The translations under genes and the position numbers were made by a program. DNA of 64,000 nt from Anaeromyxobacteraceae bacterium (lineage in GTDB: Bacteria > Myxococcota > Myxococcia > Myxococcales > Anaeromyxobacteraceae), in NCBI GenBank assembly GCA_047602405.1, contig JASGHJ010000002.1, positions 1,504,001 through 1,568,000 on the forward strand, read 5' to 3'. Numbering within the stretch: the stretch's first letter is position 1; every line of letters begins with the position of its first letter. The notes under the pieces are model-generated. The model was not told where the DNA came from. It saw only the letters and a program-made list of their open reading frames with translations, and ran no database searches. Below, one piece after another: positions 56,412 through 64,000 of the stretch.

Positions 56412-57411
<1,000 letters not shown>

Positions 57412-57445
57412 GCAGCCGCCTCACCAGGCAGGACGGGAACCGGAC

Positions 57446-58636
57446 ATGGCGCTCCGCACGCTCGACGCCCTCGACCTCGGGGGCAAGCGGGTCTTCATCC
57501 GCGTGGACTTCAACGTGCCGCTCGACGCGGCCGGCAAGGTGACCGACGACGCCCGCATCCGCGCGGCGTTGCCGACCATCCAGCTCGCGCTCCAGAAGAA
57601 GGCGAAGGTCATCCTCGCCTCTCACCTCGGCCGCCCGAAGGGGAAGCCCGAGGACAAGGAGAAGTTCACGCTCGAGCCCGCGGCGGAGCGCCTCTCCGAG
57701 CTCCTCTCCGAGGACGTGATCCTGGCCGACGACTGCGTCGGCGACGGGGTCAAGAAGCTCGTGAAGGACCTCCGGGACGGGCAGGTGCTCCTCCTCGAGA
57801 ACCTCCGCTTCCACAAGGAGGAGGAGGCGAACGACGAGGCCTTCGCGCGCGAGCTCGCCTCGCTCGCGGACGTCTGGGTGAACGACGCGTTCGGCACGGC
57901 CCACCGCGCCCACGCCTCGACCGCCGGCATGGCCGCCTTCGTGAAGGAGAAGGCCGCCGGCTTTCTCATCCAGAAGGAGGTCGAGTACCTCGGCAAGGCG
58001 CTCGGCAACCCGGCCCGCCCGTTCGTCGCGATCGTCGGCGGCGCGAAGGTCTCCGACAAGATCAAGGTGCTCGACAACCTCCTCGCGAAGGCCGACGCGG
58101 TCTGCATCGGCGGCGCGATGGCCTACACCTTCCTCGCCGCGCAGGGCGTGAAGGTCGGCAAGAGCCTCGTCGAGCAGGACAAGCTCGAGCTCGCGCGGCA
58201 GATCCTCGAGCGCGCCGCGGCGCGGAAGGTCGACCTGCTCCTCCCGGTCGACCACGTCTGCGGCGCCGAGCCGAAGGAGACGGCGGAGCGCGTGGTGGTG
58301 AACGACCGCCCGATCCCGGACGGCCTCATGGGGCTCGACATCGGGCCGAAGACGCTCGACGCCTACCGGCAGCGGATCCTCGCGGCGAAGACGGTCTTCT
58401 GGAACGGCCCCATGGGCCTGTTCGAGCAGAAGCCCTGGGCGGAGGGCACGTTCGGCGTCGCGAAGGCGATGGCGGAGAGCCCGGCCGTCACCGTCGTCGG
58501 CGGCGGCGACTCGGCCGCGGCGGTCGAGGAGGCGGGGCTCGTCGCGAAGATGAAGCACGTGTCCACCGGCGGCGGCGCCAGCCTCGAGTTCATCGAGGGC
58601 AAGGTGCTCCCCGGCATCCAGGTGCTGGAGCAGTAG
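57446..58636 (+). CDS. pgk: Phosphoglycerate kinase
   Basis: RVDFNVP, SHLGRP, LENLRF, GGAKVSDK and STGGGASLE motifs. Confidence 0.98.
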   Translation: MALRTLDALDLGGKRVFIRVDFNVPLDAAGKVTDDARIRAALPTIQLALQKKAKVILASHLGRPKGKPEDKEKFTLEPAAERLSELLSEDVILADDCVGDGVKKLVKDLRDGQVLLLENLRFHKEEEANDEAFARELASLADVWVNDAFGTAHRAHASTAGMAAFVKEKAAGFLIQKEVEYLGKALGNPARPFVAIVGGAKVSDKIKVLDNLLAKADAVCIGGAMAYTFLAAQGVKVGKSLVEQDKLELARQILERAAARKVDLLLPVDHVCGAEPKETAERVVVNDRPIPDGLMGLDIGPKTLDAYRQRILAAKTVFWNGPMGLFEQKPWAEGTFGVAKAMAESPAVTVVGGGDSAAAVEEAGLVAKMKHVSTGGGASLEFIEGKVLPGIQVLEQ

Positions 58637-58645
58637 GGGGAGTCC

Positions 58646-59407
58646 ATGGCTCGCACGAAGTTCGTCTGCGGCAACTGGAAGATGCACCGGACCGTCGCCG
58701 AGGCGGTGGCGCTCGCCACGTCCGTCCGGGACGGCCTCGGCGACACGGCCGGGAAGGTCCAGGTCGCCGTCGCGCCCACCTACACCGCCCTCCACGCGGT
58801 GGCGCAGGCGCTGAAGGGCTCGAAGGTCGAGGTCGCCGGGCAGAACGTCCACTGGGAGCCCCAGGGCGCGTTCACGGGCGAGATCTCGGCCCCCATGCTC
58901 GCCGAGGTGGGCTGCCACCACGGCATCGTGGGCCACAGCGAGCGGCGCCAGTTCTTCGGCGAGACCGACGAGACCGTGGCGAAGAAGGTCCGCGCGCTGC
59001 TCCAGGTGGGCGTGAAGCCCATCGTGTGCGTCGGCGAGTCGCTGGCCGAGCGCGAGGGCGGGAAAACCCTGGCCGTGGTCGACCGCCAGGTCCGCCTGGG
59101 CCTCGCAGGCCTCCCGCGGGAGGCGCTCGCGTCCCTGACGCTCGCCTACGAGCCCGTGTGGGCCATCGGCACCGGCAAGACGGCCACCACGGCCCAGGCC
59201 CAGGAGGTCCACGCGGCCATCCGGGCGCTCCTCCGCGAGCTCGGGGGTGACGTGGCGGACTCGATTCGCATACAGTACGGCGGCTCGGTGAAGCCAGAGA
59301 ACGCCGCCGAGCTCATGTCCCAGCCCGACGTGGATGGCGCGCTCGTCGGGGGCGCGAGCCTCAAGGCCGCAGATTTCGTCGCCATCGTGAAGGGTGCACT
59401 CCGTTGA
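58646..59407 (+). CDS. tpiA: Triosephosphate isomerase
   Basis: [27 protein letters not shown] and LVGGASL motifs. Confidence 0.98.
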   Translation: MARTKFVCGNWKMHRTVAEAVALATSVRDGLGDTAGKVQVAVAPTYTALHAVAQALKGSKVEVAGQNVHWEPQGAFTGEISAPMLAEVGCHHGIVGHSERRQFFGETDETVAKKVRALLQVGVKPIVCVGESLAEREGGKTLAVVDRQVRLGLAGLPREALASLTLAYEPVWAIGTGKTATTAQAQEVHAAIRALLRELGGDVADSIRIQYGGSVKPENAAELMSQPDVDGALVGGASLKAADFVAIVKGALR

Positions 59408-59772
59408 TCACGCTCGTCACCGTCGTCCACGTCGTCGTCTGCATCTTCCTCATCCTCGTGATCCTGCTCCAGGCCGGTAAGGGCGGCGGCATGGCCGGCG
59501 CCTTCGGCGGCGCGGGCTCGCAGACCGTCTTCGGCGGCCGCGGGGCCCAGACGCTGCTCGGGAAGGTCACCTCCGTCATGGCGGCGATCTTCATGCTCAC
59601 GTCGCTGACGCTCGCGTACAACGCGTCGCACTCGCGGTCGCTGATGGACAAGCACGCGCCCGCGGCCCCGGCGGAGCCTGCCCCGGCCGCGCCCGCGGCG
59701 CCTGCGCCCGCGCCGAACGCCTCGCAGCCGGTCGAGAGCGCGCCGGCGCCGACCCCGGCGCCCGCGAAGTAG
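59404..59772 (+). CDS. secG: Preprotein translocase subunit SecG
   Basis: [23 protein letters not shown]; follows tpiA. Confidence 0.95.
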   Translation: MITLVTVVHVVVCIFLILVILLQAGKGGGMAGAFGGAGSQTVFGGRGAQTLLGKVTSVMAAIFMLTSLTLAYNASHSRSLMDKHAPAAPAEPAPAAPAAPAPAPNASQPVESAPAPTPAPAK

Positions 59773-59797
59773 CGCGCCCGCGTTCGACGCCTCACCG

Positions 59798-59828
59798 ACC
59801 CCGCTGGCCACCTGGCCGGCGGGGTTTT
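59798..59828 (+). terminator. Intrinsic terminator after secG
   Basis: accccgctggcca-cc-tggccggcggggt-ttt. Confidence 0.75.
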
Positions 59829-59954
59829 CGTGTTCGCGGAGGCCGAAGGCGTCCCCGGGGGTGCGGGGACGTGCGTACGGGAGCGTCGAGGAGGCCTCGG
59901 GGCGGGGGCGGGCCTGGCGCCGACGCAGGTGCTCCGGGCGGGCGCCAGAAACGG

Positions 59955-59989
59955 CGAAGGGGATCCGGCTTGCGCCAAATCCCCTTCGT
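59955..59989 (-). terminator. Hairpin just downstream of tRNA-Leu
   Basis: cgaaggggat...atccccttcg inverted repeat. Confidence 0.5.
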
Positions 59990-59992
59990 ACA

Positions 59993-60074
59993 TGCCCAGG
60001 GCGAGATTCGAACTCGCACGCCTTACGGCGCCACCCCCTCAAGATGGTGTGTCTACCAGTTCCACCACCTGGGC
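59993..60074 (-). tRNA. tRNA-Leu (GAG), CCA not encoded
   Basis: GCCCAGGTGGTGGAACTGGTAGACACACCATCTTGAGGGGGTGGCGCCGTAAGGCGTGCGAGTTCGAATCTCGCCCTGGGCA: cloverleaf with long variable arm and GAG anticodon. Confidence 0.96.
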
Positions 60075-60175
60075 CTTTGCTGCCCGGGGCGATGCGCCGC
60101 CCCGTCGAGGAGGGTCGCTTTCTAGCAAAGGACCTCCGCGCACGCAAGCACGCGAAGCGTCCCGGGTGCCGGGTC

Positions 60176-60503
60176 TCAGGCCCCCTCGAGAATCCTTCCG
60201 CTTGCCCTCCACGGTCTTCCAGCGGTCGGCGTCGGGGAGGGCGTCCTTCTTCTCGGAGAGGTTCGGCCACTTCTTCGAGAGGTCGGCGTTGAGCCCCACG
60301 TACTCCGCCCACTTCCCGGGGACGCTCTCCTCCGGGAAGATCGCGCTCGTCGGGCAGGCGGGCTCACAGGCCCCGCAGTCGATGCACTCGTCGGGGTGGA
60401 TCACGAGGAAGTTCGGCCCCTCGTAGAAGCAGTCGACGGGGCAGACCTCGACGCAGTCGGTGTACTTGCACTTGATGCACGGCTCGGTGACGACGTAGGG
60501 CAT
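60176..60503 (-). CDS. fdxA: 7Fe ferredoxin (FdxA-type); +1 frameshift at ~60192 near the C-terminus
   Basis: [18 protein letters not shown]...[12 protein letters not shown]; corrected end KDLEGA* avoids read-through into the tRNA. Confidence 0.92.
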
Positions 60504-60531
60504 GGTGGCCTCCTCCTCCCCGTAGCTAAGG

Positions 60532-61851
<1,320 letters not shown>

Positions 61852-62054
61852 CGGGTGTCCTCCTCGGCGCGTGGCCGAGCATGTCGTTCGTCCGTGGTCG
61901 CGCGACCGCGCCCGGCCCGAGGCCGGGTACGCACCTGCGCGCAGCGGGGATATACCGCACCGGGGCCCCGCCGGGCACGGTCACGAAGGTCGCGTGGGGA
62001 GGACCCCGGGCCGGGCTTTGCGGGCCTTCCCATCGGGGGGTAGCATCGGCGGTC

Positions 62055-64000
62055 ATGTCGGCGGAGAAGCGCGGCGATCCCCGTGTGCCCGTCGAGCTCC
62101 GGCTGCGGCTGGCCTACGGCTCGGTCGCCGACTTCGTCGAGCGCTGGGCGGTCAACATCTCGCGCGGCGGCGTGTTCATCCGGACGCTCGAGCCGTGCGC
62201 GCCCGGGACCGAGGTGCTCCTCGAGATCACCCTCGCGTCCGGCGAGCCGGTGATCCACGGCCGCGGGGTCGTCCGCTGGACGACCGCGCCGTCCGCGCCG
62301 GGCGAGCCCGCGCAGGAGCCCGGGATGGGCGTGAAGTTCCTCGCGCTCTCGCCCGGGTCGCAGGCCCTCGTCGACGCGGTCGTGGGGCGGGGCGGCGACG
62401 CGGCCGCGTCGGACGAGCCGCCCCCGGCGCCGCGCGCGGAGGCGCCGCCCGCGCCGCAGGCCGCGCCGCGGCCGAGGAGGCCGAAGGGGCCGGTGGTCGG
62501 CATCGACCTCGGCACCACCAACTCCTGCGTCGCGGCGATGGTGAACGGCAAGCCGCAGGTGCTCGCCTCCCGGGAGGGCCACCGCACGCTCCCCTCGGTG
62601 GTGGCCTACGACGCCGAGGGGCGGCTGCTCGTCGGGCACCCCGCGAAGGCGCAGATGATCGTCAACCCGCGGAACACCGTGTACGGCTCGAAGCGGCTCG
62701 TCGGCCGCCCGTACGCCTCGCCCACCGTCCAGGCGTGCAAGGACCGCTTCCACTACGAGATCGTCCCCGGGCCGGGCGGCGCGGCGGCGGTCCGCTTCGC
62801 CGGCCGGGACTTCTCGCTCGCCCAGGTCGCCGCCCTCGTGCTCCAGGAGATGCGGGAGGTCGCCTCGCAGGCCCTCGGGCAGCTCGTGGAGCGCGCCGTC
62901 GTCACGGTGCCCGCCCACTACAACGACCACCAGCGCCAGGCGGTGCGGGAGGCGGGCCAGCTCGCCGGGCTGCACGTCGAGCGGCTCGTGAACGAGCCGA
63001 CGGCGGCGGCGCTCGCGTTCGGCGCGGGCAGGGGGCTCGATCGCCGCGTGCTCGTGTACGACCTCGGCGGCGGCACCTTCGACGCCTCCGTCCTCGAGAT
63101 CTCCGGGGACGTGTACGAGGTGGTCTCGAGCGGCGGCGACACGTTCCTCGGCGGGGTGGACTTCGACGCCCAGCTCGTCGATCACCTGGTGTGGCGGTTC
63201 ATGCAGGCCTACGGGGCGCCGCCGCCCGACGACCGGGTGGTCTGGCAGCGGCTCCGCGACGCGGCCGAGGAGACGAAGGTGGCGCTCTCCGCGCGCGAGA
63301 AGGCGCTCGCGCGCGTGCCGTTCCTGATGACGTCCCCCGCGGGGAAGGCCATCGACCTCTCGGTCGAGGTGACGCGCTCCGAGCTCGAGGGGCTCACCGC
63401 GAAGCTCGTGCAGCGCACGCTCGACGTGTGCCGCGAGGTGCTCACCGCGAAGGGGCTCGGGCCCGGCGACGTGCAGGAGGTGCTGCTCGTGGGGGGCCAG
63501 AGCCGCATGCCGCTCGTCTGGCGCCGGATCAAGGAGGAGCTCGGGCGCGACCCGTCGAAGGGCGTCCACCCGGACGAGGCGGTCGCGATCGGCGCGGCGC
63601 TGCTCGGCGACTCGGAGAGCCGGATCGACTCGGTCGTGCTCATCGACGCGCTCGCGATCGGCATCGGGGTGGGGCTGCCCGGCGGCCGGATGGTGCCGGT
63701 GCTGCCGCGCAACACCCGCCTCCCGGCCTCGAAGGTGCACGAGCTCCACACGACGCACGACGGCCAGACCGAGCTCGAGCTGCACGTCTTCCAGGGCGAC
63801 GCGCCGCGGGTGGAGGACTGCGAGTACCTCGGCACCGCGCGCGTCGCCGGGCTCCCCGCCGCGCAGAAGGGCGCGGTCCGGGTCGCGGTGGAGTTCGCGC
63901 TCGGGCAGGAGGGCATCCTCTCGGTCCACGCGCGCGAGCACGGCACCGGGCGGGCCACCGAGGTCCGCTTCGCGACGCTCGACACGCCCGAGTCGCTGCG
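62055..64000 (+). CDS. PilZ (TIGR02266-type)-Hsp70/DnaK-like fusion protein, 3' truncated (absent from the supplied ORF track)
   Basis: My translation: MSAEKRGDPRVP...NISRGGVFI...GMGVKF, Pro/Ala linker, then GIDLGTTNSC, TVPAHYND, NEPTAAAL, YDLGGGTFD, LVGGQSRMP, HPDEAVAIGAA. Confidence 0.9.
   Translation, partial: MSAEKRGDPRVPVELRLRLAYGSVADFVERWAVNISRGGVFIRTLEPCAPGTEVLLEITLASGEPVIHGRGVVRWTTAPSAPGEPAQEPGMGVKFLALSPGSQALVDAVVGRGGDAAASDEPPPAPRAEAPPAPQAAPRPRRPKGPVVGIDLGTTNSCVAAMVNGKPQVLASREGHRTLPSVVAYDAEGRLLVGHPAKAQMIVNPRNTVYGSKRLVGRPYASPTVQACKDRFHYEIVPGPGGAAAVRFAGRDFSLAQVAALVLQEMREVASQALGQLVERAVVTVPAHYNDHQRQAVREAGQLAGLHVERLVNEPTAAALAFGAGRGLDRRVLVYDLGGGTFDASVLEISGDVYEVVSSGGDTFLGGVDFDAQLVDHLVWRFMQAYGAPPPDDRVVWQRLRDAAEETKVALSAREKALARVPFLMTSPAGKAIDLSVEVTRSELEGLTAKLVQRTLDVCREVLTAKGLGPGDVQEVLLVGGQSRMPLVWRRIKEELGRDPSKGVHPDEAVAIGAALLGDSESRIDSVVLIDALAIGIGVGLPGGRMVPVLPRNTRLPASKVHELHTTHDGQTELELHVFQGDAPRVEDCEYLGTARVAGLPAAQKGAVRVAVEFALGQEGILSVHAREHGTGRATEVRFATLDTPESL

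Noticed and set aside
59993..60074. tRNA as an integration site for a genomic island
   Set aside because: No integrase and no duplicated tRNA 3' end seen; the flanks are housekeeping genes.

Overview
Very GC-rich bacterial chromosome segment, most consistent with an Anaeromyxobacter-like member of Myxococcota. That call rests on the myxobacterial PilZ/TIGR02266-type and TIGR04563-type proteins and the deltaproteobacterial gene order. Most of the window is housekeeping: cca-mnmA; lysine fermentation kamD/kamE/kal/kce; tilS-ftsH-folP-glmM-pdxJ-acpS-nnr-tsaE; psd-hisS; miaA-accA; hisC-cmk; ispH-rpsA; sppA-HIT-lapB-like; argS-SPOR; gap-pgk-tpiA-secG; tRNA-Leu(GAG); ferredoxin; ino1; and a PilZ-Hsp70 fusion cut by the window end. 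The main points of interest are: (1) a minus-strand operon encoding a ~1548-aa protein (acyl-CoA ligase + helical region + degenerate kinase-like fold + GNAT), a Thermus-type homocitrate synthase and a DMT exporter; (2) a candidate orphan sRNA with a C-rich loop and strong terminator at ~21.5 kb; (3) a PhcB-like methyltransferase inserted between rpsA and sppA behind a long structured leader with 15-bp tandem repeats; (4) ten +1 frameshifts, all at or next to GATC or GCTCTTC, probably modification-induced long-read errors; (5) a modular REP-like repeat family; (6) many -10-like boxes directly before start codons. No CRISPR array, transposase or prophage was seen. All assignments come from motif recognition by eye; no database search was run.
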